A stretch of DNA of 64,000 nucleotides, from contig JACPPV010000014.1 in the NCBI GenBank assembly GCA_016190825.1, positions 32,294-96,293 of the forward strand, read 5' to 3'. The notes under the pieces were generated by a model. That model was not told the DNA's origin. It saw only the letters and a program-made list of their open reading frames with translations, and ran no database searches. Each line of letters opens with the position of its first letter. The first letter of the stretch is position 1. Positions 40,001 to 47,826 of the stretch are shown here, in pieces. Position numbers and translations under genes: made by a program. Source of the DNA: Chloroflexota bacterium (GTDB taxonomy: Bacteria; Chloroflexota; Dehalococcoidia; Dehalococcoidales; UBA2162).

Positions 40001-40291
40001 CGCCAGGTTGAGGCCGGTCTGCCCGCCGAGGGTGGGCAGCAGTCCGTCCGGATGTTCCCGCTCGATGATGCTGGTAAGCACCGGCAGGGTGAGCGGCTCG
40101 ATGTAGACTGTATCGGCGATATCCTCATCGGTCATGATGGTGGCGGGATTGGAGTTGACCAGGACGGAGGTCACGCCCTCCTCGCGCATCGCCTTGCACG
40201 CCTGGGTGCCGGCGTAATCGAACTCCGCTGCCTGCCCGATTATTATGGGCCCCGAGCCGATGATAAGGACTTTAGACGGTTTGTTTGTCAT
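37040..40291 (-). CDS. carB: carbamoyl-phosphate synthase large subunit
   Basis: 1083 aa with duplicated ATP-grasp halves. Full-length CarB-like sequence ([25 protein letters not shown]...). Confidence 0.97.
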   Translation of the reverse strand: MTNKPSKVLIIGSGPIIIGQAAEFDYAGTQACKAMREEGVTSVLVNSNPATIMTDEDIADTVYIEPLTLPVLTSIIEREHPDGLLPTLGGQTGLNLAVELADAGVLEKYNVRALGTPIDTIRKAEDRELFKRLLVSIGEPVPPSATVTSLDEAIQITRQIGLPVIIRPSFTLGGTGGGMAHTWEELEAVVTGGLAASPTRQVLVERSVAGWKEIEYEVMRDGANNCITVCNMENIDPMGIHTGDSIVVAPSQTLTNKEYQMLRTSSLKIIRALGIEGGCNVQFALDPKSEQYFVIEVNPRVSRSSALASKATGYPIARVAAKIALGKRLDEIPNAVTGKTMASFEPALDYVVVKIPRWPFDKFASGDRIIGTQMKATGEVMAIDRTFEAALQKAVRSLEFGKKSLLWEDPTWEAGAGGSSFPLEPSDIRLWAIMAALRRGVSAQKIIDRTRIDLWFITKLQNIVNMEKQLLSQPLTPDLLRHAKRLGFSDEQIGTLADRLPQQVRELRREWTIRPSYKMVDTCAAEFDAATPYFYSTYEQENEAEPIEGNKAVVIGSGPIRIGQGIEFDYCSVHSARALQEAGYKSIMINSNPETVSTDFDTSDRLYFEALDEESLRDILENEGSQNGNGAGSAPPSIVQFGGQTAINLSQPISRAGMPIIGSSADAIDLASDRGRFENFLSRLGVPQPPGSGVTTIDEALNVAKHIGYPVLVRPSYVLGGRAMEIVHDASELVHYISLAIELDTRHPVLIDKYLEGKECEVDAVGDGEAVFIPGIMEHIERAGVHSGDSMAVYPGVGLTEEEVETIVDYTVRIGLEIKLKGLMNVQFDIMRGPAGSQVYVLEVNPRASRTIPFISKVTGVPMVKLATKVMLGNSLKSQGYSTGLHTKQKLVGIKAPVFSMQKLMGVDTYLGPEMKSTGEVMGIDYTFGAAMTKALLAAGLMLPPQGSILFSIADRDKPEALPIIRSFASIGYALYATEGTATMIEAAKLPVTMITKKLTEGHPNVIDVINDGTVNGVVNTMTGGSGPFRDGFYIRRAAVEKRIPCYTSLDTLRAAAEALVNGRQAYNIQPLPEYRGKVTSNK

Positions 40292-40330
40292 GCTTTTCCT
40301 TTGCTATGTTGTCTTCTGCCTTGACTTGTT

Positions 40331-40453
40331 GTTGCCCTGACTCCGAGTCCTCTTATTGTCATCCTGAGCGCCCTTCCTGTCATCCTGAGCCTTCTTGTTT
40401 GTCACCCTGACTTTCCCCTCCCGTCACCCTGAGCGGAGCGAAGGGTCTGGGGG
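40331..40453 (+). repeat. tandem array of five degenerate GT(C/T)(A/G)(T/C)CCTGA cores at 21-27-nt spacing (family C)
   Basis: Cores start at 40331, 40358, 40379, 40401 and 40423. The last unit extends to GTCACCCTGAGCGGAGCGAAGGGTCTGGGGG. Confidence 0.7.
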
Positions 40454-40748
40454 TGGCAGAACGTCCGCCCAATCGAGGCTCAAGTCCCTCCATCCCGGGT
40501 TCACCGACTCAACAAGAGCGATCTTCTTTCGTCTGAGCCAGCCCTTCAATTGCTTTTCACGGGCAATGGCTGCCATGACGTCTCCAGTGGATTCATAATA
40601 GATCAGGTCGGTTATGTTGTACCTGGCAGTGAACCCATTGTGCAGTCTTCGTTTTATGCTGATTCACGCGAGCCATCAGATCGCCAGTGACGCCCACGTA
40701 CAGAGTGCGCGACCAGTTGCTCATAATGTATACGTAGTATTCCGCCAT
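40424..40748 (-). pseudogene. GIY-YIG nuclease family gene (UPF0213/YhbQ-like) with a +1 frameshift
   Basis: Hand translation gives MAEYYVYIMSNWSRTLYVGVTGDLMARVNQHKTKTAQ in one frame. It continues as GFTARYNITDLIYYESTGDVMAAIAREKQLKGWLRRKKIALVE... in the next frame, switching near 40635..40640. The first frame stops at 40593. Confidence 0.7.
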
Positions 40749-40837
40749 TGTTTTTTCCTAAGTTTACGAACATATTGTCTGTCGACCGTTTTTCGCAGGC
40801 TGCGTCTCTTTGTTCAATTCAATGCGCCTCTCACCCT

Positions 40838-40916
40838 GTCACCCTGCGTGTAACGAAGGGTCTGGGGGCGGAGGTGCCTCCCCCATCCCAGATTCTTCGC
40901 TGCGGCTCAGAATGAC
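40838..40916. repeat. family-C palindromic repeat
   Basis: GTCACCCTGCGTGTAACGAAGGGTCTGGGGG-cggaggtgcct-CCCCCATCCCAGATTCTTCGCTGCGGCTCAGAATGAC. Confidence 0.7.
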
Positions 40917-40966
40917 AGTGTAATGAGCCGATGATGAGGACTTTAGAGGGTTTCAAGGGCTACTCC

Positions 40967-41674
40967 TTACGAATCCCTACTCGAGAAATGTGTCGTTAGC
41001 CATGCAACCAACACGGCGAGAATCAAGGCTATTGCAAGTCCCACCGTGACATAAGACGGTTTCGTCAGTGCAACTGCCCATATTTCGAGAACGAAAAACG
41101 CCCACAAAAAGATGAGAGCGAACGTTATCCAGTCATAAGTCCAGGGGCCTCGGCGCTCATAACGGCGATCGTCTCTCCAGCGTTGCCAGAAACTTTCCGA
41201 TTGATAGGCAAGCAGCCTCGTCTGGTCTGCGTTAAATATTTCGTCGTCAAAGTCCTTCCCTGTCCAGTGGTCAATTCCATGTACGCGCCAATGCGCCCAC
41301 ATTCCCAAATCTCGTTCTATTTCTCGCATCCTCTCCCAGTCGATTTGCTGAAGGAAATTCACTCTCCTCAGCCAGCGTCGAAGGAGCCAAAGGATAGAGA
41401 TTATGGCAATTCCAAACACTGTTACCGCCACCGCAAATACCAGAACTTCCCTAGATGCACCATTTGATGTCTCCAGAAGAAGATTAAATAACCTCTCGTT
41501 GGCAAAGACCCCTCCTACAACTACTGCAAGAAGTGCTGTACTTATGCCTATAAAAATGCCTGCCAGTGTCCAGTAGCTCGATGCGTGGGAAATCGTATTG
41601 TTTTGGCACGCCTGGTATTCTGCCAGCAGGCAAGCTTGCCGTTGCTCAGGAGTCGGTTGATTGACAGTGTTCAT
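40967..41674 (-). CDS. hypothetical 4-TM membrane protein (orphan)
   Basis: 235 aa. Two plus two hydrophobic helices flank a ~85-aa Trp/Arg-rich soluble segment (WERMREIERDLGMWAHWRVHGIDHW...). It is AT-richer than carA/carB by eye. Confidence 0.6.
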   Translation of the reverse strand: MNTVNQPTPEQRQACLLAEYQACQNNTISHASSYWTLAGIFIGISTALLAVVVGGVFANERLFNLLLETSNGASREVLVFAVAVTVFGIAIISILWLLRRWLRRVNFLQQIDWERMREIERDLGMWAHWRVHGIDHWTGKDFDDEIFNADQTRLLAYQSESFWQRWRDDRRYERRGPWTYDWITFALIFLWAFFVLEIWAVALTKPSYVTVGLAIALILAVLVAWLTTHFSSRDS

Positions 41675-41712
41675 CGGTATCTACTTCCGTTGATCATGCT
41701 CCTAGTCCATTT

Positions 41713-41832
41713 GAGATTGCCACGTCACTTTGTTCCTCGCAATGACAACCGGGGGGTACGCTAGGTTACGATGACCTCACTTTTGTTGTCATTGCGAGAC
41801 CATCCCGACTTGTCTGGAGGCGAAGCAATCTC
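41713..41832. repeat. pair of family-B repeats in inverted orientation
   Basis: GAGATTGCCACGTCACTTTGTTCCTCGCAATGAC ... GTCATTGCGAGACCATCCCGACTTGTCTGGAGGCGAAGCAATCTC. Confidence 0.7.
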
Positions 41833-41846
41833 AATAAATCTTCCTC

Positions 41847-42137
41847 CTACCCCATCTCCGCTCTTTGTATGAGCGTCTGGAGGGCGCTTTCATAGCAATC
41901 GAGCTTGAAGGCATAGTCCTGCTGCAGCCCCAGCTCCGTGTTCACCACGAACGATTTCCCCGGCGCGTTGACAAACCGGTAGTACTGTGGTGAGTCCAGC
42001 CCGTATGCTTTCTCTAGCGTCCGGAGGACCATTTCTTTCCAGCGGCCAAACTGGCCGTCTGAGTAGCTCAGCCTTCTTAGCTCCGGCACCTCTGAGAGTG
42101 CCTGGTTCAACTGAGATACTATTCCTGCCTTTTCCAC
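41847..42137 (-). CDS. hypothetical 96-aa protein, translationally coupled to carA
   Basis: The GTG start directly abuts the carA TAG (…AAAGGAGAACA TAG GTG…), and the Shine-Dalgarno lies in the last carA codons. I recognise no family. Confidence 0.55.
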   Translation of the reverse strand: MEKAGIVSQLNQALSEVPELRRLSYSDGQFGRWKEMVLRTLEKAYGLDSPQYYRFVNAPGKSFVVNTELGLQQDYAFKLDCYESALQTLIQRAEMG

Positions 42138-43235
42138 CTATGTTCTCCTTTTGTCCATCATGTGTACGAATTCGTCAAAAAGATATGTGTTATCGAGGGG
42201 GCCCGGGGAAGCCTCGGAGTGGTACTGGATGGAGAAGATGGGCAGTTCCCTATGGCGTAAGCCCTCCACCGTGCCATCGTTCAGGTTGATGTGGCTTACT
42301 TCAAGTCCATCTTTGAGTGTATCCGGGTTGACGGCGTAGCCGTGGTTCTGCGCCGTGATGTGGACGCGCCCGGTGGCAAAATCCTTGACCGGGTGGTTGC
42401 CGCCACGGTGCCCGAACTTGAGCTTGAAGGTCTTTCCGCCGAATGCCCTGCCGATGAGCTGACAGCCGAGGCAGATGCCCATGATCGGTTTCTTACCGAT
42501 GAGCTTCTTCACCGTGCCGACGGCGTAATCGAGAAGCTCCGGGTCACCGGGCCCCGGCGAGAGCAGTACGCCGTCCGGATTCATGCCGAGGATTTCCTCA
42601 GCAGACGTGGTGCAGGGGACGGCCACTGCCCGGCAGCCGTGCCGGTTGAGCAGTCGCAGGATATTGAACTTCAGCCCGCAATCGAGCACCACCACATTGA
42701 ACCGCGGCGCGTCGTGCTTTATGTCTTTAAGCCACTCGTAGGGGGCGTTCGTTGATACTTCGCGGACAAAATCAATCGAGCCGTAGTCCGGCGCTTGCCT
42801 TAATGCCGAAAGGGCTTCTTCGGGCGACTTATTGCTTGTAATGATGCCCATCATGACGCCTACGGAGCGCAGCTTATGGGTGATAGCCCTGGTATCGATG
42901 CCCTGGATGCCCGAGATGCCGTTCTCCGCCAGATATTCATGGATTGTCCTCTGGCTGAGGTAGTGATTGGGCTCCAGGCATTCCTCCCTGACGGCGAAGC
43001 CGCGCACCTGGATACGCCTGGACTCCATGTCCTCGCCGTTGACACCGTAATTGCCGATCAGTGGATAGGTTGGAACGACTATCTGCCCGGCGTAAGAGGG
43101 GTCGGTCAGCATCTCCTGGTACCCCGTCATACTGGTATTGAAGACTACCTCACCGACAGTATCGGCTTCAGCGCCGAAGGAACAGCCTTCGTAGACCGAG
43201 CCATCCGCCAGGACGAGCAGCGCTTTGTTTCTCAT
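42138..43235 (-). CDS. carA: carbamoyl-phosphate synthase small (glutaminase) subunit
   Basis: 365 aa with the class-I GATase Cys box PIMGICLGCQL and a C-terminal SIQYHSEASPGP. Confidence 0.95.
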   Translation of the reverse strand: MRNKALLVLADGSVYEGCSFGAEADTVGEVVFNTSMTGYQEMLTDPSYAGQIVVPTYPLIGNYGVNGEDMESRRIQVRGFAVREECLEPNHYLSQRTIHEYLAENGISGIQGIDTRAITHKLRSVGVMMGIITSNKSPEEALSALRQAPDYGSIDFVREVSTNAPYEWLKDIKHDAPRFNVVVLDCGLKFNILRLLNRHGCRAVAVPCTTSAEEILGMNPDGVLLSPGPGDPELLDYAVGTVKKLIGKKPIMGICLGCQLIGRAFGGKTFKLKFGHRGGNHPVKDFATGRVHITAQNHGYAVNPDTLKDGLEVSHINLNDGTVEGLRHRELPIFSIQYHSEASPGPLDNTYLFDEFVHMMDKRRT

Positions 43236-44566
43236 CTGTGGATTGTCTCCTCAACTCTAATCAACTCATCCTTGTATACCAGCCTGCCGCCGCAGAATGT
43301 AGCCATCACTTTTCCCTTGAGGACATTGCCGGCCAGCGGCGTGTTCCTGCCCCTTGAAGCAAATTTGTCCGTATCGACCAACCATTCCTTTTCCGGGTCC
43401 AGGATAACAATGTCAGCCTCCGCGCCTGGGGCTAGCGTCCCCAGCTTACCGTGCTTCCCGCGTAACATTTTTGCCGGCTCGCTGGTCAATGCGGCGATGA
43501 GGGCTGAAAGCGTTATTTGACCGTCATGCACCAGTCTCATCAGGCTGCCCAGGGCTGTCTCGAAGTTGCTGATGCCGAAGGCGGCGCCGGTTATTTCGCC
43601 TTCTTTATTCGCCCGCGTATGCGGCGCGTGGTCAGTGGCGATAATGTCGATTGTGCCGTCTTTCAGCCCACGTATAAGAGCCTGGACATCCTTGTCCGTT
43701 CTCAGCGGCGGGTTTACTTTGGCCATAGCGCCGCACTCTTTCACTTTTTCTTCGGTGAGGGTCAGGTGGTGGGGCGTCACTTCAGCGGTCACGTGGACAC
43801 CTTTTTTCTTTGCCTGCCGGACAAGCTCAACAGAACCGGTCGTGCTTACATGGGCGATGTGTATCCAGCCCTTAGTCTCCTCCGCCAGCTTAATGTCGCG
43901 CGCCACTATTTTGTCCTCGGCTATCGCGGGCATACCCGGCAATCCCAGGGCGCAGGAGATAAGCCCTTCATTCATGACGCCGCCACTCGTCAGCACGGTA
44001 TCCTCACAGTGGTCTATGATGGGCAAATTTAGTTTCCTACTTAGCTCAAGGGCACGGCGCATTAGTTCAGGATCGAGCATCGGCGAGCCGTCATCGCTGA
44101 AGCCGATTGCTCCCGCTGATGCCAGTTCTCCCATCGGCGCCAGTTCCTTTCCCTGTCTGCCTCTGGAGATGCAGGTTATGGGCAGTACCCGGACGGCTCC
44201 CTCTTTTTTGGCTCTGGCTCGAATAAAGTCTATGGTTGCGGGGCTATCAATGGGGGGATCCGTGTTGGGCATGCAGCAGACTGTGGTAAAACCGCCCCGC
44301 GCCGCCGCCTTTGTCCCGCTGGCAATGGTCTCCTTTTCTTCGAAGCCCGGCTCGCGGAGATGGCAGTGCAGGTCGATGAATCCCGAACAGATTACTAGTC
44401 CGTTAGCCGACAGAACGCTGCAATCTGCGCTTTGAGCAATACGCTCCGCATCATCCTCACTGCCTACCCAGGAAATCCTGCCATCGCTAACCATCAGGCT
44501 GCCCGTCCGGTCGATTCCCCGGCAAGGGTCGATTATCCGTCCACCGTGAATCAGCCATGATGTCAT
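43232..44566 (-). CDS. pyrC: dihydroorotase
   Basis: 444 aa with the amidohydrolase motif GFIDLHCHLREPG. 4-nt overlaps with both neighbours. Confidence 0.92.
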   Translation of the reverse strand: MTSWLIHGGRIIDPCRGIDRTGSLMVSDGRISWVGSEDDAERIAQSADCSVLSANGLVICSGFIDLHCHLREPGFEEKETIASGTKAAARGGFTTVCCMPNTDPPIDSPATIDFIRARAKKEGAVRVLPITCISRGRQGKELAPMGELASAGAIGFSDDGSPMLDPELMRRALELSRKLNLPIIDHCEDTVLTSGGVMNEGLISCALGLPGMPAIAEDKIVARDIKLAEETKGWIHIAHVSTTGSVELVRQAKKKGVHVTAEVTPHHLTLTEEKVKECGAMAKVNPPLRTDKDVQALIRGLKDGTIDIIATDHAPHTRANKEGEITGAAFGISNFETALGSLMRLVHDGQITLSALIAALTSEPAKMLRGKHGKLGTLAPGAEADIVILDPEKEWLVDTDKFASRGRNTPLAGNVLKGKVMATFCGGRLVYKDELIRVEETIHR

Positions 44567-46020
44567 TTTTCTGCGGCTCCCCCGGTATAGTGGCTTGGCT
44601 TGAAACCGTGCGACTCGGCTTCCCTGGCAGAAGTGAAGACGAGCAGGTTTTCCGTTTTGATTTTCTGCGCCCAGTGGCTGCGGGCGCTGTGATATTTCTT
44701 GCTAGCTGACCTGCCTTCGTGCCATTCGGAACTGGCGATGTATTCTGGTTCAAAGCCGTGTTCACAGTAGATGCATCGCAGGGTCAGTGGCTGGCGGTTA
44801 ACTATTTTGAATTCGGGCTCGATGTATTTAATCTCCGTCTTCTGGACGGAAACGCATTTCGAGTTCGGACACCTGAGTCCCGGTTTGCCGTGATAAATGG
44901 GAAAGTCAACCGCCGGAACAATCTGCTCTTCTCCGGAAACCGGTGACTCCCTTGCGCCGAGCAACAAAGCAAGCAGCGCCATCCTCACCGGTACTCCGTA
45001 AGCAGCCTGCTTGAAATACTGGCTTCTGGGGTCGGTATCCAGGTCGTAAGCCAGTTCATCAACCCGCGGCAGCGGATGCATCACCAGCGTCCGGCGGAAC
45101 TCCTTGCCCTTCAGCAGTTTCTTGTCAACTACCGGGTACTTTTGTTTAAGTTCATCGCCCTCATCCGTGGCAAATCTCTCTTTTTGCGTTCGGGTGACAT
45201 AAAGAGCGTCAACGCCCGTCTTTAATTCAACCTCCAGGCTAACATCGGGCATCATGGCGAGCTGATGGGGACTCGTGGGCGTGGTGTAGACCGCATCCAG
45301 GGGGAAAAGCCTTTCCTTGCTCTTTCCATTGCTGGCGCCGGGCTTTACCACTTCTCCCCCGTATTCGGTAATCAGCTTCTGGATGATGTGTTCGGGTAGC
45401 TCCAGGCCGGGACTGGGACAGAAAAGGATATCGGCGCCGAACTTAGCCAGGGCGAAGATGAGTGAATGAATCGTCCGCCCGTATTTCAAATCTCCCCAGA
45501 GGGCGATCTTTAGCCCCTTGATCGTTCCTCTTTCCTTCCTGATCGTGTACAGGTCAAGGAGGGTCTGCGTGGGATGCTGGTGCCCGCCATCGCCGGCATT
45601 TATTACCGGAATTCCGGCGTAGTCAGCTATGACCTTTGCCGCTCCTTCCCAGGGATGGCGGATGACGGCGATATCAGCGTAGCTGCCGACGATGCGTGCC
45701 ATATCAGCAAGGCTTTCCCCTTTAGCCAGCGAAGTGGCGCCTACGTCTACGGCGCTGATGACGCCGCCGCCAAGCCGGTGCATGGCTGCTTCGAAAGAGA
45801 GCCGTGTTCTTGTGCTCGGTTCGAAGAATAAGCTGGCCATGATCTTGCCGCGCCCCGATTCTATTGGGATCTGCCTGGCCAGCTCTGCCGACATCCCGTC
45901 CGCCAGGGAGAAAACGGCTTCCATCTCTCCCGTGGAGAGGTCGTCGATTGTCACCAGACTTCGTCTAGCCAGAGTCACCTTTTCTACCTCAACACGCCGG
46001 CCTTCTAGCGGTATCGTCAT
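44563..46020 (-). CDS. pyrB: aspartate carbamoyltransferase catalytic chain fused to a PyrI-type zinc domain and a C-terminal extension
   Basis: 485 aa with [13 protein letters not shown] and HPLPRVDE (ATCase). These are followed by CPNSKC...(27 aa)...CIYCE, matching the PyrI Zn domain, and then a ~55-aa tail. Confidence 0.9.
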   Translation of the reverse strand: MTIPLEGRRVEVEKVTLARRSLVTIDDLSTGEMEAVFSLADGMSAELARQIPIESGRGKIMASLFFEPSTRTRLSFEAAMHRLGGGVISAVDVGATSLAKGESLADMARIVGSYADIAVIRHPWEGAAKVIADYAGIPVINAGDGGHQHPTQTLLDLYTIRKERGTIKGLKIALWGDLKYGRTIHSLIFALAKFGADILFCPSPGLELPEHIIQKLITEYGGEVVKPGASNGKSKERLFPLDAVYTTPTSPHQLAMMPDVSLEVELKTGVDALYVTRTQKERFATDEGDELKQKYPVVDKKLLKGKEFRRTLVMHPLPRVDELAYDLDTDPRSQYFKQAAYGVPVRMALLALLLGARESPVSGEEQIVPAVDFPIYHGKPGLRCPNSKCVSVQKTEIKYIEPEFKIVNRQPLTLRCIYCEHGFEPEYIASSEWHEGRSASKKYHSARSHWAQKIKTENLLVFTSAREAESHGFKPSHYTGGAAEK

Positions 46021-46552
46021 CAGACCTGATGATAACTACTTCATCTGTGCCGTCTACCTCTACCAGCCGAACCCGTATCTGCTCGTCCCGGGAGCTGGGT
46101 ATGTTGCGTCCTACGTAATCGGGTCTAATCGGCAACTCCCGGTGGCCGCGGTCGACCAGTACCGCCAGCTGGACCGATTTTGGTCGTCCGAGGTCAATCA
46201 GGGCGTCCATTGCCGCCCGCGTGCTCCGGCCGGTATATAAGACATCATCTACAAGGATAACCGCCTGGTCTTCGATGTTGACCGGAATCTCGGTATGCGG
46301 GCTGTTTTGCGGCATTTTCTGATTTGGAATGTCATCCCGGTATGGACCGATATCGAGGGCGCCCACCGGTACAGCAAAGCCCTCAAACCTCTGCATGTTC
46401 GCCGCCAGCCGTTGAGCCAGGGGTACGCCGCGGGTGCGCATGCCGATCAGTACCATAGACTCGGTCGTCTTATTGCGCTCGATGATTTCGTGCGTAATGC
46501 GAGCCAGGCTACGGCGGATGTCTTCCGAGGTCATGATAATTTTTTCGCTCAT
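45989..46552 (-). CDS. pyrR: bifunctional pyr operon regulator / uracil phosphoribosyltransferase PyrR
   Basis: Start at ATG 46552 ([27 protein letters not shown]). PRT motif [17 protein letters not shown]. Confidence 0.9.
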   Translation of the reverse strand: MSEKIIMTSEDIRRSLARITHEIIERNKTTESMVLIGMRTRGVPLAQRLAANMQRFEGFAVPVGALDIGPYRDDIPNQKMPQNSPHTEIPVNIEDQAVILVDDVLYTGRSTRAAMDALIDLGRPKSVQLAVLVDRGHRELPIRPDYVGRNIPSSRDEQIRVRLVEVDGTDEVVIIRSDDDTARRPAC

Positions 46553-46584
46553 AAAAAAACCTCTTGCCTGAGCCCAGCAAGAGG
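46553..46584 (-). terminator. intrinsic terminator of the pyr leader (attenuator)
   Basis: Minus strand: CCTCTTGC-tgggctca-GGCAAGAGG followed by TTTTTTT, running straight into the pyrR ATG. The 3' arm contains the likely Shine-Dalgarno (AAGAGG). Confidence 0.7.
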
Positions 46585-46608
46585 TCACGAACACTCGCAC
46601 GTCTGTTT

Positions 46609-46644
46609 CCCCTTGCTGGCCTCGCTGGACCAGCTTAAAGGTCC
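46609..46644 (-). promoter_or_regulatory. PyrR-binding loop (anti-antiterminator) in the pyr leader
   Basis: The minus strand reads GGACCTTTAAGCTGGTCCAGCGAGGCCAGCAAGGGG. This closely resembles the PyrR binding-loop consensus (..UUUAA..GUCCAGAGAGGCU.GCAAGG) known from Bacillus. Confidence 0.65.
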
Positions 46645-46666
46645 GATATTACATGAAATCTCGTTT

Positions 46667-46695
46667 ATTATAGCACTGTCACTGAATGGGGACAA
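46667..46695 (-). promoter_or_regulatory. putative promoter of the pyr operon
   Basis: Minus strand: TTGTCC, 17-nt spacer ending in TGc, TATAAT (extended -10). Confidence 0.45.
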
Positions 46696-46790
46696 TAGCT
46701 TTTGGGGATGGTAACGCCGGCAGGGCTAACATTCTACCATTCCCCATGATTCCGTTAGACAGTCCACCGATGAATAAGTGGGCCACATCC

Positions 46791-47204
46791 CTATATCTTC
46801 CCCAATTGACGCATCAGTCCCCAGATATCAAGCAGTTGCCAGGTTTCTGCTAACTTGCCATCCACGACCCGGTAAATGTTTATCCCGCTAATTTCAAGAC
46901 ACTTGCCGGTGCCGGGAACGCCAAAAAGCTCACCCTGGTGCGTGCCCGTCGAGTACATATGGACTGCCACACGGTCGTCAGAGGCGAATATCTGTTTGAT
47001 ATCTATGTGCATGTCAGGCATGGCGCGCAGGAGGAGTTGTATCAGGTCAGCCGGTCATGCGGCGCCCGAGACTTCTGGTAGCGCCCCTGCCAGATCGTGC
47101 CGCTTGAAATCGGGATGAGCTGTATTTCGAAGCGTAACAAAATCCCGTGAGTTCACCGCATCAATAACACGTTTGATTGTGGCAATACTCTGCTCGGTAG
47201 ACAT
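46791..47204 (-). pseudogene. SnoaL-like / ester-cyclase family gene interrupted by an in-frame TGA
   Basis: Two ORFs (47055..47204 and 46791..47021) are in the same frame. The joined product, MSTEQSIATIKRVIDAVNSRDF...EVSGAA*PADLIQLLLRAMPDMHIDIKQIFASDDRVAVH...GTHQGELFGVPGTGK..., has the normal ~137-aa length. The stop codon is at 47055..47057. Confidence 0.6.
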
Positions 47205-47826
47205 CACCCACCTCCTTTGTCCGGCAGGCAATACCTGGCGTTTTTCTGGCCCCGCCGCCAGCCCGATTACCCCAGGGCTCCGGATACGGGAGGGGTTGGG
47301 GGACATTTAAGCCGGTAGGGAAAAAGCACTCAAACAACCCCCGGCACCCTGGTGCCCCCGGCGGGGCCAGCCTTTCTGCTTTCGTCATCACCTGTCTTCT
47401 AGTCATATAATCCATCCAGGGGGACTACCGCCAAACTTGAATTGCGTGCCTCAGTCGCCGCCGGTTCCAGACCAGGTGACGGAGAGGGGATATATTTTTT
47501 CCTGTATTAGCTATCTTATATCATTTCTACGGTATTTTGTCAATCTTCAGACGGCTAAACACAGAAAAGTTGTTATTGATATTAATAAGGGGCAGGGGCG
47601 TTATTGTTCTTGCGGTCTGCCTGGAATCGTGATTAAGAGTCTTGACTTATCGGGGGGATAAGCCCTCCCATTTCTAATTAGAGCTTTGGGCTATCTGATT
47701 TCCCGGCTATAACACGTGAATTAGCGCTTCTGCACTTGCTCTTTGCTTTGAAAAAACGCTACAGTACATTTGTGTCATTCTGAAATCCGCTCATATCGGG
47801 TTTCCGATTAGGGAGTACCGAACACC

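Noticed and set aside
39357-40324. 249-aa and 301-aa plus-strand ORFs
   Set aside because: Both are antisense to carB. Similar shadow ORFs occur opposite pyrC (43566..44435), pyrB (45692..46240), tldD (12406..12999), rplA (9041..9694), the rib genes (51278..52112, 52659..53150), bioY (55856..56380) and the GT4 gene (57578..58267). None has motifs.
40331-40453. Possible CRISPR array, given the regularly spaced repeats
   Set aside because: The conserved cores are only ~10 nt at ~22-nt spacing and there are only five units. The 'spacers' are 11-17 nt and partly similar to each other. No cas genes are present. The same core recurs in dispersed family-C repeats.
40838-41832. Integron-like attC sites or a CALIN cassette array between carA and carB
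   Set aside because: The palindromes lack the RYYYAAC/GTTRRRY attC ends. They belong to repeat families that also occur between core genes elsewhere in the window (rib operon, folE, gatC upstream). No intI is present.
47055-47057. Selenocysteine or recoded TGA in the SnoaL-like gene
   Set aside because: I see no stable hairpin immediately 3' of the TGA. The position falls in a loop region where the family has no Cys that I know of. TGA is used as an ordinary stop in the window. A nonsense mutation is the simpler explanation.
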